64,000 bases of DNA from Clostridiales bacterium. GTDB lineage: Bacteria > Bacillota > Clostridia > Saccharofermentanales > DTU023. The DNA is taken from assembly GCA_028724525.1 (NCBI GenBank), contig JAQYCV010000036.1, positions 6,269 to 70,268 on the forward strand, given 5' to 3'. The stretch's first letter is position 1; the number at the start of each line of letters is the position of its first letter. A program made the translations under genes and the position numbers. Shown in pieces: positions 16,820 through 26,560 of this stretch. Under the pieces are notes generated by a model. It searched no databases, was not told the origin of the DNA, and saw only the letters and a program-made list of their open reading frames with translations.

Positions 16820-18523
16820 ATGGATGATCAGAGCTTGGCCCTGCTAGGGGATATCCCCCGCTTTAGTGACCTGAGTTTTGCCCCCTGTCCAGAGGACCAT
16901 CTCCTCCAGCTCACAAAAGACATCCAGGCCCTGATCTCCCAGGAGAAGGGGGGAGAAGAAGCTGCCCGTAGCCTCTTGTCCTTTCAGCAAATCCTCTTAA
17001 ACCAGCAAAGTCAGGACAATTACCAGCGGATCTGCCAGGCTCTGCAGGGAGACCCAAAAGAGTCTAGTCAGACTCTCCCGCCAGATGCCGACACCAGCCT
17101 GCCTTTTAGCCAGGCCAAGGCGACTGTTTACCGGGCTATTGCCAATTATCCTTATGAAGCCATGGAGGGATCGGCTGAGGATATGGACCTGTGGTCCCGG
17201 GCCTGGCGCTGGTCCCGCTTTGAAGAATTGATCCCTGCGGTCATATGGGACCGGGAAAGAAAGCTCGTTCAAGCCTTGCAAGGCTTGAATCCCTCTCTGC
17301 TCAGCCTCTGGCAGGAGGTCAATCAGTCCGCTTTCCCTCCGGATGCCCAGGCCGCCCATGAAGATCGAGTCGTCTTTTTCCAGGCCTTGCTCCAGCAACT
17401 TAAGCAAGAGGGTCCTGAGAGAAGTAAGCTTTGTCTAGAACTTTTGACCCTCAGGCAGCAAATCGCCAAGACCACAGGTTTTGCCCATTATTCGGACTAC
17501 CATGAGGCCAGGCGGGGCAAGCGGTCTTTCGGACGCAAGGCCGAGCTCAATTTCCTGCAAAATTTCCGGGCACACTTTCTACCGATTTGGCAGGAGTTCA
17601 AGCGGCAAAAGGATTATCGCCTGGGCATCGGTCCTGAGCCTTGGCTGGACTATTTCGCCTTATCCCAATATGGCCAGGTCCCCTTAGTCTTAGAAGGGAG
17701 TGACCTGCGCAAGCAGTTTATTGCCTCCCTTGCTAGCTTGATTGGTCATCCCCAGCACTTCCTCTTAAGCCTCATGGACAAGGGTTATATCAGCTATGAC
17801 AGTATGGTGCGAGACCGCCTGGTAAGCCCTTCTAGCCTCCTCATGTCTGTGCCGGCCTCCTTTTTGGCCCTGCCTTTGGACGGGAAGCGGCCCCTGACCC
17901 AAAGCTTTTTGGATACGGGTTATGCCCTGGCTGATATTTCCGCCATGCTGAATTACCACAGCCTGGGTTCTTCCCGGCAAGATGCCTACAGTAAGCAGCT
18001 TTCTGCCTATATCTTCCTGGTTTTAGCGAGACGGGAACTGGCTAAGTATTATGGCGAAAATGCAGATCTGGCCTGGGATATGGCCTGGGCCCAGCAATTG
18101 CAACTATCTTTTCTCTATGGCTTTTTCTATATGTGGGAAAACCGCCTCTACCATATGTCGGGCCGACTGGATCCCTTGCGCATGCGCCAGGCCTTTCAAA
18201 AGATCCTGACCAATCAGTTAGGCTTCTTGGATTTGCCCCAGTTTTCCGATGAAATCTTAGACCTCCTCTGGCCCTATGTTTTCGCCTGCAACTTGGAAGC
18301 CTACCAGTCTCTTGCCCCCGTCCTATCTCTGGTGACGATCTTAACCCTCCATCCCCAGCACCTTTCCCGTAGCCTCTTATCGAGCAAGTTGAATAACTTC
18401 CTCCTGACCAATCCAGGCGGAGCGATTCTCGACCGTTTGCAGGAAGCCTCTCTGCCTGATCCTTTCAGCCAGGCGAGTTTACAAAAGGCTAGTTTTTCCT
18501 TCTGTGACCTCTTAGCCCTCTAA
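16820..18523 (+). CDS. M3B oligoendopeptidase-F-like protein lacking the HExxH zinc motif (probable pseudo-peptidase)
   Basis: 567 aa with a PepF-like layout (LTLRQQIAKTTGFAHYSDYHEARRGKRSF...). No HExxH occurs anywhere. The position expected for it reads FLDTGYALADI. Confidence 0.45.
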   Translation: MDDQSLALLGDIPRFSDLSFAPCPEDHLLQLTKDIQALISQEKGGEEAARSLLSFQQILLNQQSQDNYQRICQALQGDPKESSQTLPPDADTSLPFSQAKATVYRAIANYPYEAMEGSAEDMDLWSRAWRWSRFEELIPAVIWDRERKLVQALQGLNPSLLSLWQEVNQSAFPPDAQAAHEDRVVFFQALLQQLKQEGPERSKLCLELLTLRQQIAKTTGFAHYSDYHEARRGKRSFGRKAELNFLQNFRAHFLPIWQEFKRQKDYRLGIGPEPWLDYFALSQYGQVPLVLEGSDLRKQFIASLASLIGHPQHFLLSLMDKGYISYDSMVRDRLVSPSSLLMSVPASFLALPLDGKRPLTQSFLDTGYALADISAMLNYHSLGSSRQDAYSKQLSAYIFLVLARRELAKYYGENADLAWDMAWAQQLQLSFLYGFFYMWENRLYHMSGRLDPLRMRQAFQKILTNQLGFLDLPQFSDEILDLLWPYVFACNLEAYQSLAPVLSLVTILTLHPQHLSRSLLSSKLNNFLLTNPGGAILDRLQEASLPDPFSQASLQKASFSFCDLLAL

Positions 18524-18551
18524 AGGGCCTTAAACGCGTAAATCAGACCCT

Positions 18552-20060
18552 ATGTTGAAACTTCCCAAGCAATTTATCGCAGAAATGACAGACCTCTGGT
18601 CCTCCTATAACCCGCCCGGTGACCTGGAGGATTTTCTGGCTAGCTTCCAGGACGAGCCTAGTGCCGGCTTGATCCTCAATCGACTTAAGGTCCAGACCTT
18701 GTCCGACTTGTCTTGCGGCGACTTGCCTCCGGTGCCCTGGGCCAGGGCGGGCTACTTCTTGCCCCAGGGCCACAAGCTGTCGTCTAGCCTGGCTTATCGC
18801 CAGGGACTGTTCTACCTACAAGATCCCTCTGCCATGCTGCCGGCCGATCTGGCAGATGCCCAGCCGGGAGAAAAAGTCCTGGACCTGTGCGCTGCCCCAG
18901 GAGGCAAGGCTTTTGCCGTCCTGGGAAGTTTAGGCGACCAAGGACTTTTATGGGCCAATGAAATTAATGAAAAGCGGGCCCGGGCCCTCAGCCGTAATGT
19001 CGAATTGGCCGGCTCTGCCCTCTGCCTGATCTCTTGCCGGGATGCCCTGGGCTTTGCCCAGCAGCTCTCGGGCGCCTTGCCAGTTTTTGACTTGGTTTTG
19101 GCCGATGTGCCCTGCACGGGCTCTGCCATGTTCCGCAAGGACCCCCGAGCCTTGCGGTCCTGGTCCCGCTACCGGGGCCAGGCCATCCTGGACCTCCAGG
19201 CGGCCATTTTAGAGGAAGCTGCGGCCAATCTCCGGCCCGGTGGTCGCTTAGTGTATTCCACTTGTTCTTATTCTTGGGCTGAGAACGAGGGCCAGCTGAT
19301 TCGCTTTCTCGACCGCCATCCTGATTTCTCCCTGCTGCCTGCCTGCCGGCCTGAAGTCAGTCCTGGTCTGGCAGATCCTGACGGCAGATATCCCACGACA
19401 TACAGTCTTAGGATCTGGCCCCATCTGGCTAGGGGAGAGGGCCAATTCGCAGCCCTCCTTGTCAAGGCAGAGGATCCTGCTGAGCCTTTGCCAGAGCCAA
19501 GCCTGCCTTTGAAGCAGAAAAATTTGCGGCCAGACCGTCAGGTCCATGCTAGCTGGGAGGCCTTTCGTCAGGATAACCTGAGTGGCCAGGGAAGGTTGGC
19601 GGCCGCCCTCGCTAGCCAGCATTTTTACCTCCGGACCCAAGAAGACAAGCTCCACCTGGTCCCTGCCCAGGCTCCTCTGGCCCGGCAAAGCTACTATATG
19701 AAAACGGGCCTCTACCTGGGTCAAAGCAAGGGGGAGGGAGAAGCCCTTAGCTTTCAGCCCAGCCAGGCCCTGGTGCAATTTCTCTCCCTGGAGGACCTCA
19801 GCTGGGCCCTAGACCTAGCGGATGGCCCCCTGCTCCGGGCGAGCCTTCGCGGGGAGACCCTCCTTAGAGACCAGGTCTTGGCGGCATATTCTCACCAAGA
19901 GGTCCATTTATATCATGAGGGGGCTTGTCTTTCCGACGATGCTTTCAGTAAGATAAAAGCTGGAGCTTATCTTGCCTTGACCCACCAGGGCCGTCCCCTC
20001 ATGTGGCTCAAACAGCAAGACCACTTCTTCAAAAACGCCTACCCCAGATCCTGGATTTAG
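18552..20060 (+). CDS. RsmB/RsmF-family RNA cytosine-C5 methyltransferase
   Basis: SAM motif VLDLCAAPGGKA and the catalytic motifs DVPCTGSAMFRKDP and LVYSTCSYSWAENE. Confidence 0.85.
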   Translation: MLKLPKQFIAEMTDLWSSYNPPGDLEDFLASFQDEPSAGLILNRLKVQTLSDLSCGDLPPVPWARAGYFLPQGHKLSSSLAYRQGLFYLQDPSAMLPADLADAQPGEKVLDLCAAPGGKAFAVLGSLGDQGLLWANEINEKRARALSRNVELAGSALCLISCRDALGFAQQLSGALPVFDLVLADVPCTGSAMFRKDPRALRSWSRYRGQAILDLQAAILEEAAANLRPGGRLVYSTCSYSWAENEGQLIRFLDRHPDFSLLPACRPEVSPGLADPDGRYPTTYSLRIWPHLARGEGQFAALLVKAEDPAEPLPEPSLPLKQKNLRPDRQVHASWEAFRQDNLSGQGRLAAALASQHFYLRTQEDKLHLVPAQAPLARQSYYMKTGLYLGQSKGEGEALSFQPSQALVQFLSLEDLSWALDLADGPLLRASLRGETLLRDQVLAAYSHQEVHLYHEGACLSDDAFSKIKAGAYLALTHQGRPLMWLKQQDHFFKNAYPRSWI

Positions 20061-20082
20061 ACCAGGTAGAAAGTGTAGCCAG

Positions 20083-20679
20083 ATGGAAATAGTCCTCGCG
20101 ACCCATAACCCCGATAAGGTCAAAGAATTTCATGAAATTCTCCAGGACCCCACGATTAGCTTTATCAGTCTGCATGCCCTGGGCCTGGACCAAGAGGTGG
20201 AAGAGACGGGTTTGTCCTATCAGGAGAATTCTGACATCAAGGCCCAGGCCGCCTTTAAGCAAGTCCATCGACCCGTCTTAGCCGATGATTCGGGCCTGTC
20301 TGTAGATGTCTTAGACGGCTACCCCGGTATTTATTCCGCCCGCTTTGCGGGCGCCCACACTTCTTATCAAGATAAGATCAGGAGGCTCTGGGAACTTTTG
20401 AAACCCTTCCCCCAAGAGAGTTGGACGGCGACTTTTTACTGCTCTTTAAGCTATATTTCTGCTTCGGGCAAGACTTATCATTACCAGCGCACGGTGGATG
20501 GTATTTTATTGCCTGAGCGGCGGGGAGACCACGGCTTTGGCTATGACCCTATTTTCTACATTCCAAGTTTAGGCAAGACCACAGCTGAGCTGGAGTCCCG
20601 GCAAAAGCACCAGATCAGCCACCGGGGCTTAGCCCTCAAAGCCTGGCATCAGGATTTCCAGGCGGGCAAGCTAGACTAG
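20083..20679 (+). CDS. rdgB: RdgB/HAM1 non-canonical purine NTP pyrophosphatase
   Basis: MEIVLATHNPDKVKEF...ETGLSYQENS...DDSGLSVDVLDGYPGIYSARF...HGFGYDPIF...ISHRG. Confidence 0.9.
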   Translation: MEIVLATHNPDKVKEFHEILQDPTISFISLHALGLDQEVEETGLSYQENSDIKAQAAFKQVHRPVLADDSGLSVDVLDGYPGIYSARFAGAHTSYQDKIRRLWELLKPFPQESWTATFYCSLSYISASGKTYHYQRTVDGILLPERRGDHGFGYDPIFYIPSLGKTTAELESRQKHQISHRGLALKAWHQDFQAGKLD

Positions 20680-20687
20680 GGGGGTGT

Positions 20688-21158
20688 ATGGCCGCTAAGG
20701 GTAAGACCAAGAAAGCTAAGGCCAAGCAATATATCATCGTAGCCGAACATGTTGCAGGTGAGACCCTGCGCCGGGTCGTCCGGGTGAAAGGTCGCCTAGC
20801 AGATAATCCTAGCATCTCGATCAACCAGGCCTGCAAAGAAGAGGGGATTTCACGTTCGGCTTATTATAAGTACAAGGACAATGTCTTTGCTTACCAAAGC
20901 CAGGAGGGCAAGCAGCTTTTTCACTTCAACATCCTGACTGCTCTGTCTGCTAGTAGCCTCAGCCAAATCAGCCAGATCTTGGAGCCCTATGCAGAACAAT
21001 TGCAACAGGCTAACCAGCAGCGCGTTGGCCCCAATCTTTCCCAGCTCAACTTAAGTATCTGGCTGGGAAGTGTTAAAATAGCCAAGCAAGTCCAGGAGGA
21101 CCTCCGCCAGGTCCGGGGCCTGCAGGACTGTAAACTGACCTCAGATGATATGCGCTAA
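20688..21158 (+). CDS. UPF0735/PheB-like ACT-domain protein
   Basis: ISRSAYYKYKDNVFAY plus the following beta-alpha region resembles B. subtilis PheB (LSRSAFYKYRDAVFPF). The comparison is recalled from memory. Confidence 0.55.
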   Translation: MAAKGKTKKAKAKQYIIVAEHVAGETLRRVVRVKGRLADNPSISINQACKEEGISRSAYYKYKDNVFAYQSQEGKQLFHFNILTALSASSLSQISQILEPYAEQLQQANQQRVGPNLSQLNLSIWLGSVKIAKQVQEDLRQVRGLQDCKLTSDDMR

Positions 21159-21210
21159 GTCTAGCCAGACTTTCTAAGCCATATTTTTGAGCCCTGAGAA
21201 AGGAGGATTT

Positions 21211-22230
21211 ATGCGTTCAACTTGGCAGCTCAACCTAGAAGCCTTTCGCTTCTATCGTTTAAAGGCTGATAAATTTGTCAAGTTTAGCCTCCTTATCATT
21301 TTGGGCCTACAACTTTTGGCCCGCATTGCCCCGCTGGGCGACCGGAATTTTTTCCCCTTTACCTATGCGCTCGAGCGTCTGGGCCGGCTGAGTCCCGAAG
21401 AAGTGATCGGCCAGCTCAGCCCAGGGAATTGGCTGATTATTGGCCTCTACACCCTCAGCCTTTTACTGGCCTCCATCCTATCCGTCATCTATATGCAGGT
21501 CTTTGTTCTCGAGCAGACTTCCTATGCGGCCTGGGGCCATAAAAGACCAGAAGACCAGGAACTCCAGGAGAGTATTCAGGCTTTTCGGATGCAGATCAAA
21601 GTTTTGCGTAGCCTGACCCAGACTCTAGGAAAAGAATGGCAGGGCCAGCGTTCAGCAGACCCCTCGGCCATGGACTCTGGCTATTTCTGGGAAGAACCTA
21701 TTCCTGTTACAAGCCTGGATCAGGATGCCGGCGTACGCGAGGAATTGCCCGCAGACCAAGGCTGGGAAAGGGAAGACCCCCAGCAGGAGACAGCCCTAGC
21801 CTATACTGTCCGCCGTTTTGGCCAGACTTGGCCCCGCCAGTTACTTTTCCTCCTTATCTTAGATCTAGTTTACGGGTCTTCCGTCCTCTTATTGGGCCTG
21901 CCCTTTTATTTCTATCTCTCGGCCTATCTCTTTGCCCCTATCCTATTTATGCAGGGCCTCCGCTTTGGCCCGGGCATGCGGCAGTCCTATGCAGAAACCA
22001 AGGGATTAAAACTCTTTATCATTTCTAACTACTTTATGGTGAATCTCGTTTTCCTTCTGGCAGAAGGCTTAATTTCGATGATTTTCCAGGAAGCTTCTTA
22101 CGGCCTGGGCATTTGGCAGAGTCTGCTCTTTGCCCTCCGCTTTCTCGTCTTTGCCCGCTTCGCTGCCTTGATGTATCTCGTTATCCGAGAAGCACGTCCG
22201 GAAGATGACCTTGCCATGTCTAAATTGTGA
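21211..22230 (+). CDS. integral membrane protein of unknown function
   Basis: Several hydrophobic helices. ATG 21211 is preceded by AAAGGAGG. Confidence 0.5.
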   Translation: MRSTWQLNLEAFRFYRLKADKFVKFSLLIILGLQLLARIAPLGDRNFFPFTYALERLGRLSPEEVIGQLSPGNWLIIGLYTLSLLLASILSVIYMQVFVLEQTSYAAWGHKRPEDQELQESIQAFRMQIKVLRSLTQTLGKEWQGQRSADPSAMDSGYFWEEPIPVTSLDQDAGVREELPADQGWEREDPQQETALAYTVRRFGQTWPRQLLFLLILDLVYGSSVLLLGLPFYFYLSAYLFAPILFMQGLRFGPGMRQSYAETKGLKLFIISNYFMVNLVFLLAEGLISMIFQEASYGLGIWQSLLFALRFLVFARFAALMYLVIREARPEDDLAMSKL

Positions 22231-22278
22231 CGACTTGCATTTCCTTAGCTCGACCCGACTAAAGAAAGGAGCAAGCCC

Positions 22279-23394
22279 ATGCTTGACTTGGATAGCAAAC
22301 GCCGCGAACTAGAAGATGCCCGTTTAGAAATTGAAGATTTACGCCTAGCTTTAAAACCAGACCTAATGGCAGAAGAAGCCCAAGAACTGGAGGCTGCCAG
22401 CTATAAGGAAGATTTTTGGCAGGATGTGGACAAGGCCCGCGACCTGCAAACAGAGCTGAGCCGGCTCAAGAAAAGTCTAGAACAATTTGCCAATGTCCAG
22501 GCTGAATATGAGGACCTCTTGGCCCTCCTGGACCTGATCCAGGAGGAAGATGACCTGAGCCTGGTCCCAGAATTAGAAGCCAGGGAGTTGGCCTGGCAGC
22601 ACCTGCTCCAGGACCTCCGTCTGCAAACTTATTTCACTGATAAACTAGATGCCAATAATGCCCTCCTCACCCTACACGCTGGGGCGGGGGGAACTGAAGC
22701 CTGTGACTGGGCCTCCATGCTCTTCCGCATGTATGCCCGTTGGGCAGAACACGAAGACCTCAGCCTAGAAGTTCTGGATTCTGTCGATGGAGATGAGGCG
22801 GGCCTCAAGAGCATTAGCTTTGCTATTCGGGGTGATTATGCCTATGGCCTCTTAAAACATGAGATGGGGGTCCACCGCCTGGTGAGAATCTCCCCCTTTG
22901 ACTCATCCGGTCGTCGGCACACTTCTTTCGCCTCGCTGGAGGTCTTGCCTGAATTGGATGATACGATCGAGCTGGATTTGCGAGAAGATGATCTCCGGAT
23001 CGATTATTACCGGTCCTCTGGAGCGGGAGGCCAGCACGTGAACAAAACCTCTTCGGCTGTTCGCATCACACATATCCCCACGAATATTGTCGTGGCCTGC
23101 CAGAATGAACGGTCTCAGATCCAAAACCGTGAGATGGCCATGCGGATGCTCAAGGCCAAGCTCTACACCCTAGCCCGCCAACAACAGCTGGCGGCTATTG
23201 ATGACCTTAAGGGCGATCAAAAAGATATCGCCTGGGGTAGCCAGATTCGCTCCTATGTCTTTTGCCCCTACACCCTGGTCAAGGACAATCGGACCGACTA
23301 TCAGACAGCTGATGTAGAGGGGGTTATGGATGGCGACCTCAACCCCTTTATCGAAGCCATGCTGGCCCTGTCAGCCGCAACAGACCACAGCTAG
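22279..23394 (+). CDS. prfB: peptide chain release factor 2, encoded without the programmed +1 frameshift
   Basis: SPF tripeptide (RISPFDSSGRRHTSF) and GGQ (SGAGGQHVNKTSSAVRITHIPT). The N-terminus is colinear with E. coli RF2 across the usual frameshift site (LRLALKPDL). Confidence 0.95.
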   Translation: MLDLDSKRRELEDARLEIEDLRLALKPDLMAEEAQELEAASYKEDFWQDVDKARDLQTELSRLKKSLEQFANVQAEYEDLLALLDLIQEEDDLSLVPELEARELAWQHLLQDLRLQTYFTDKLDANNALLTLHAGAGGTEACDWASMLFRMYARWAEHEDLSLEVLDSVDGDEAGLKSISFAIRGDYAYGLLKHEMGVHRLVRISPFDSSGRRHTSFASLEVLPELDDTIELDLREDDLRIDYYRSSGAGGQHVNKTSSAVRITHIPTNIVVACQNERSQIQNREMAMRMLKAKLYTLARQQQLAAIDDLKGDQKDIAWGSQIRSYVFCPYTLVKDNRTDYQTADVEGVMDGDLNPFIEAMLALSAATDHS

Positions 23395-23406
23395 GGAGGG
23401 GGCCTC

Positions 23407-24624
23407 GTGACCACAAGCATCGGTATTTTTGGCGGGTCTTTTGACCCCTTCCACCTGGGCCATAGGCGGATTCTCGAAGCGGCCCTGGCTGCTTATGATT
23501 TTAAGCGCTTCTACCTCATGCCCACCTCTTCGCCGGCTTATAAGGATAGGGCCCTGTCTCTAGCTGTTTATCGCTATGTGATGACCCAGCTGGCGACGGC
23601 GGACCTCAACCAGGTCAAGCTGTCCCGGATGGAGCTAAAGCACACGGAGGGGCCCAATTACACAGCCAACACCCTGGCCAAGCTCCATAAAAAGTGGGCG
23701 AAGAAGACCAAGGAGCCGGTCCAGTTTAAGTTGGTCCTGGGTTCAGACGCCTTGGACTATTTTTCCAGCTGGCACAAGCCTGCAGAGATCATGGCCCAGG
23801 CAGATCTTGTTATTGCCCTGCGAGGCTGTGATGCCAAGGAGGAGAAGGCTTATCGGAAGAAGGCTAAAAACTTGCAGAAGGCCTATGGCGGGTCCATAGA
23901 ATTTTTCCCCATGCAAGCCATAGAGATTTCCTCTACAGACTTACGGCAGCAACTGGTCAGAAATGAAGTCAAGAAAAAGTATTACCCCGGCCCGGTGGCG
24001 GATTTTCTGCGCCAGCACCGGCCCTACGCTTTCTACCAGGATTTTCAGGCCCTTAAGCCAGAAACCCATGACCAGCTCCGGGTGTTTGAGCAGGCTATTT
24101 GGCATAAAATGCCAACCCGCCGCCTCATCCATGTGGCGAATGTCTCTCTCTACGCTACCCATCTCGCCCGGATCCATGGCCTAGATCCAGACAAGGCTGC
24201 TGTGGCTGGCCTCTTGCACGATTCCTGCAAGAACATTCCCTTGCCCGAGCAGTACACCTATGTCCGGCAATCCGGCTTTGCCTATGCGGTGAATGCGGCC
24301 ATTGCCCACGGACCGGCCTCCGCCTATTGGAATAAAATGGCCTTAGGGGTCACAGATGAGGATATCTACCATGCGGTCATGTACCATACGACTGGACGGC
24401 CCGGCATGACCCCTCTGGAAAAAGTGATTTACCTGGCGGATAAAATCGAGTTTGGGAGGCCCTTCCGTGATCTGGATAAAATTCGCCAGGCTGCCGAGCT
24501 TGACCTGGATGAGGCCATGCGGCTCTGCCTGCGGGAAGTCGAGCTGGCCATGCGGCGGAATTTCACCAATATGCATGAGTTATCCATCAAGCTCATGTTG
24601 GAACTGGGCATGTTTTTAGCCTAG
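23407..24624 (+). CDS. nadD: fusion of nicotinate-nucleotide adenylyltransferase (NadD) and a YqeK-type HD-domain hydrolase
   Basis: N-terminal IGIFGGSFDPFHLGHRRILEAA matches NadD. The C-terminal half, HVANVSLYATHLARIHGLDPDKAAVAGLLHDSCK...YHTTGRPGMTPLEKVIYLADKIE, matches a YqeK HD domain. GTG start. Confidence 0.85.
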   Translation: MTTSIGIFGGSFDPFHLGHRRILEAALAAYDFKRFYLMPTSSPAYKDRALSLAVYRYVMTQLATADLNQVKLSRMELKHTEGPNYTANTLAKLHKKWAKKTKEPVQFKLVLGSDALDYFSSWHKPAEIMAQADLVIALRGCDAKEEKAYRKKAKNLQKAYGGSIEFFPMQAIEISSTDLRQQLVRNEVKKKYYPGPVADFLRQHRPYAFYQDFQALKPETHDQLRVFEQAIWHKMPTRRLIHVANVSLYATHLARIHGLDPDKAAVAGLLHDSCKNIPLPEQYTYVRQSGFAYAVNAAIAHGPASAYWNKMALGVTDEDIYHAVMYHTTGRPGMTPLEKVIYLADKIEFGRPFRDLDKIRQAAELDLDEAMRLCLREVELAMRRNFTNMHELSIKLMLELGMFLA

Positions 24625-24670
24625 TTAGGCTATAATATACAAAATAAAGCTTAAGGAGATTAAAGAAGCC

Positions 24671-25042
24671 TTGAATTCTGCAGAACTGAGTCAAATTATT
24701 GCTGACATCCTGGATGCCAAAAAAGCCGATGAAGTATCCGTCCTCCCTGTAGGCCCCAAAACCACTCTGACTGAGTATTTTGTCCTCGCTTCCGCAACAA
24801 CCCCTAACCATGCCAAGGCCTTGGAAGATGAGTTGACTTACCAAATCAAGGAGAAATTTGACCTCACGCCTTTGGCCGTTGAGGGCTTGGAATCTGGCCG
24901 CTGGATCCTGGTAGACTACGCTTCTGTGGTGGTCCATATTATGTGCAAGCAAGACCGGGAATTCTATGACTTGGAAAAGTTTTGGACTAAGAAGGAAGCG
25001 GAGAGTCTGAGCCCGGAGGATGATGCCTTTAGCTCAGAGTAA
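24671..25042 (+). CDS. rsfS: ribosome silencing factor RsfS
   Basis: YFVLASATTPNHAKAL...WILVDYASVVVHIMCKQDREFYDLEKFW. TTG start. Confidence 0.85.
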   Translation: MNSAELSQIIADILDAKKADEVSVLPVGPKTTLTEYFVLASATTPNHAKALEDELTYQIKEKFDLTPLAVEGLESGRWILVDYASVVVHIMCKQDREFYDLEKFWTKKEAESLSPEDDAFSSE

Positions 25043-25121
25043 AATCTCCTGGCAAAACTTGCTAGCAAATGGCCTGATTTGTCGTTAAAGTTTAGAAACA
25101 ATAGCTTTCCCATAAGGCATC

Positions 25122-25994
25122 ATGTTCCCTATGGGAAATTTTTTTAAGAAGAAGCAAGAAGCCAGGCCTAATCCTGCAGGACCACCAGACGCCCGGCCCT
25201 ATTTCTGGCCTGAAGAAGCAACCTATCCTGGCTATACGGGGCCAGCCGACCGCCGGGCCAGCCTAGAAGCAGACCAGGCAGGCCGCCTGCCCTATCCACT
25301 TCTGCTTGGGGCCCTTTTTGTCTTGTGCCTCCTCTTGGCGGCCCTCCTAGGCCGTGAGGGAGGTAGCCGTTTTAGCCCTGCCTGGGAGACCATCCAGCTG
25401 GAGAGCCAAGGCCAAGCACGGCCTCTAGCTTCAGACCCGGTGCGCCTGGAAGAAGTGTCACAGTTGGACATAGCGGACCTGCCGACCAGCCCTCAAGTTT
25501 CCCAGCCTGCTGAGGCTAAGATTCCCCTTTATATTTCCGGCGCGGTCGTCCACCCAGGCGTTTATTATTTGCCGTCAGGCAGCCTCTTAATCGACTTGGT
25601 CGAGGCCGCCGGAGGCTTCCTGGAGGCTCAAGTCCCGTCTGACCTAAACTTAGCCGCCAGCCTACCTGCCCATGCCCATGTCCACATTGCAGATGCCAGT
25701 GACCGTGCCAAGGGGACGCATAGTCAGCTTAGTTATGAGGCAAGCCCGGATGGGGGAAAGGAAGCTACAGGAAGTTTTCAAGGGCCTAATGGACCTAAAG
25801 GACTCATTTCTCTCAATCATGCAGGACAGGCAGACTTAGAACAGATTCCTGGTGTTGGGCCCAAAACCGCCCAGGCCATCTTGCGCTTGAGACAAGACTT
25901 GGGCCGGGAAATGGTCCTTGAAGACCTCCTGACCCTGCCCGGCATTAAGGAAAAACGCTTTGACCAAATCAAGGGATATTTCGCCTTGCCATAA
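25122..25994 (+). CDS. comEA: ComEA-family DNA-binding protein (TM anchor, SLBB domain, helix-hairpin-helix)
   Basis: IPLYISGAVVHPGVYYLPSGSLLIDLVEAAGG (SLBB) and ISLNHAGQADLEQIPGVGPKTAQAILRLR (HhH). Confidence 0.8.
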   Translation: MFPMGNFFKKKQEARPNPAGPPDARPYFWPEEATYPGYTGPADRRASLEADQAGRLPYPLLLGALFVLCLLLAALLGREGGSRFSPAWETIQLESQGQARPLASDPVRLEEVSQLDIADLPTSPQVSQPAEAKIPLYISGAVVHPGVYYLPSGSLLIDLVEAAGGFLEAQVPSDLNLAASLPAHAHVHIADASDRAKGTHSQLSYEASPDGGKEATGSFQGPNGPKGLISLNHAGQADLEQIPGVGPKTAQAILRLRQDLGREMVLEDLLTLPGIKEKRFDQIKGYFALP

Positions 25995-26064
25995 AAGATC
26001 CGTCGAGGCTTGACAAGGTCCAAAGCCCATACGTATAATGCTAGACGTGCTTAAAAGTGCCCAT

Positions 26065-26142
26065 GGTGGTATTAGCTCAGCTGGTTAGAGTGCCAGGTTG
26101 TGGCCCTGGAGGTCGTGGGTTCGAATCCCATATACCACCCCA
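26065..26142 (+). tRNA. tRNA-His (GTG)
   Basis: Hand-folded cloverleaf. The anticodon loop TTGTGGC sits between CCAGG and CCTGG. G-1 pairs with C73, and CCA is encoded. Confidence 0.9.
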
Positions 26143-26158
26143 CTTTGCACACTGACAT

Positions 26159-26233
26159 TGGGGTATAGCCAAGCGGTAAGGCACGGGACTTTGACTCCCG
26201 CATTCGTAGGTTCAAATCCTGCTACCCCAGCCA
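26159..26233 (+). tRNA. tRNA-Gln (TTG)
   Basis: Acceptor TGGGGTA/TACCCCA, anticodon loop CTTTGAC, T-loop GGTTCAAATCC, CCA encoded. Confidence 0.9.
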
Positions 26234-26309
26234 GATTCATTAGCTCAGCCGGTAGAGCACCTGACTTTTAATCAGGGGGTCGAGGGTTCGAATCCCTCAT
26301 GAATCACCA
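26234..26309 (+). tRNA. tRNA-Lys (TTT)
   Basis: Acceptor GATTCAT/ATGAATC, anticodon loop CTTTTAA, 76 nt, CCA encoded. It begins immediately after the tRNA-Gln CCA. Confidence 0.9.
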
Positions 26310-26315
26310 GCTAAA

Positions 26316-26347
26316 AGCCCTGAAACTACAAAGTTTCGGGGCTTTTC
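26316..26347 (+). terminator. rho-independent terminator after the tRNA cluster
   Basis: AGCCCTGAAAC-TACAAA-GTTTCGGGGCT followed by TTTT. Confidence 0.75.
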
Positions 26348-26484
26348 CTTTTGGGCGTAATTTTCCGTATCCAATTGTCCGCGATCCCTGCGGATTTCGG
26401 TAGGCTTTTCAGTTATGCTAGCCCTTTTCCTTAGATGAATCTAAGTTTTCTGTTTTTCTCACAAGTTTGTAGCTTATGCAACAA

Positions 26485-26512
26485 TTTCTTCTTAAAAGTT
26501 TCTTCTTAAAAG
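26485..26512 (+). repeat. perfect tandem duplication of a 14-nt unit (TTTCTTCTTAAAAG x2) upstream of the adhesin promoter
   Basis: Unit 1 is 26485-26498 and unit 2 is 26499-26512, read directly from the sequence. Confidence 0.9.
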
Positions 26513-26539
26513 TTGAAGCTAGGAAAGTCATGCTATAAT
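26513..26539 (+). promoter_or_regulatory. candidate extended -10 promoter for the surface-protein gene
   Basis: TTGAAG (26513-26518), a 15-nt spacer, then TGcTATAAT (26531-26539). Confidence 0.45.
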
Positions 26540-26560
26540 TGCTCTCCGGACATTGTTGTA

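Noticed and set aside
22231-22360. Programmed +1 frameshift site (CTT TGA C) in prfB.
   Set aside because: The ORF is colinear with RF2 from residue 1, reads LRLALKPDL across the equivalent position, and has its own SD and ATG. No in-frame TGA is present.
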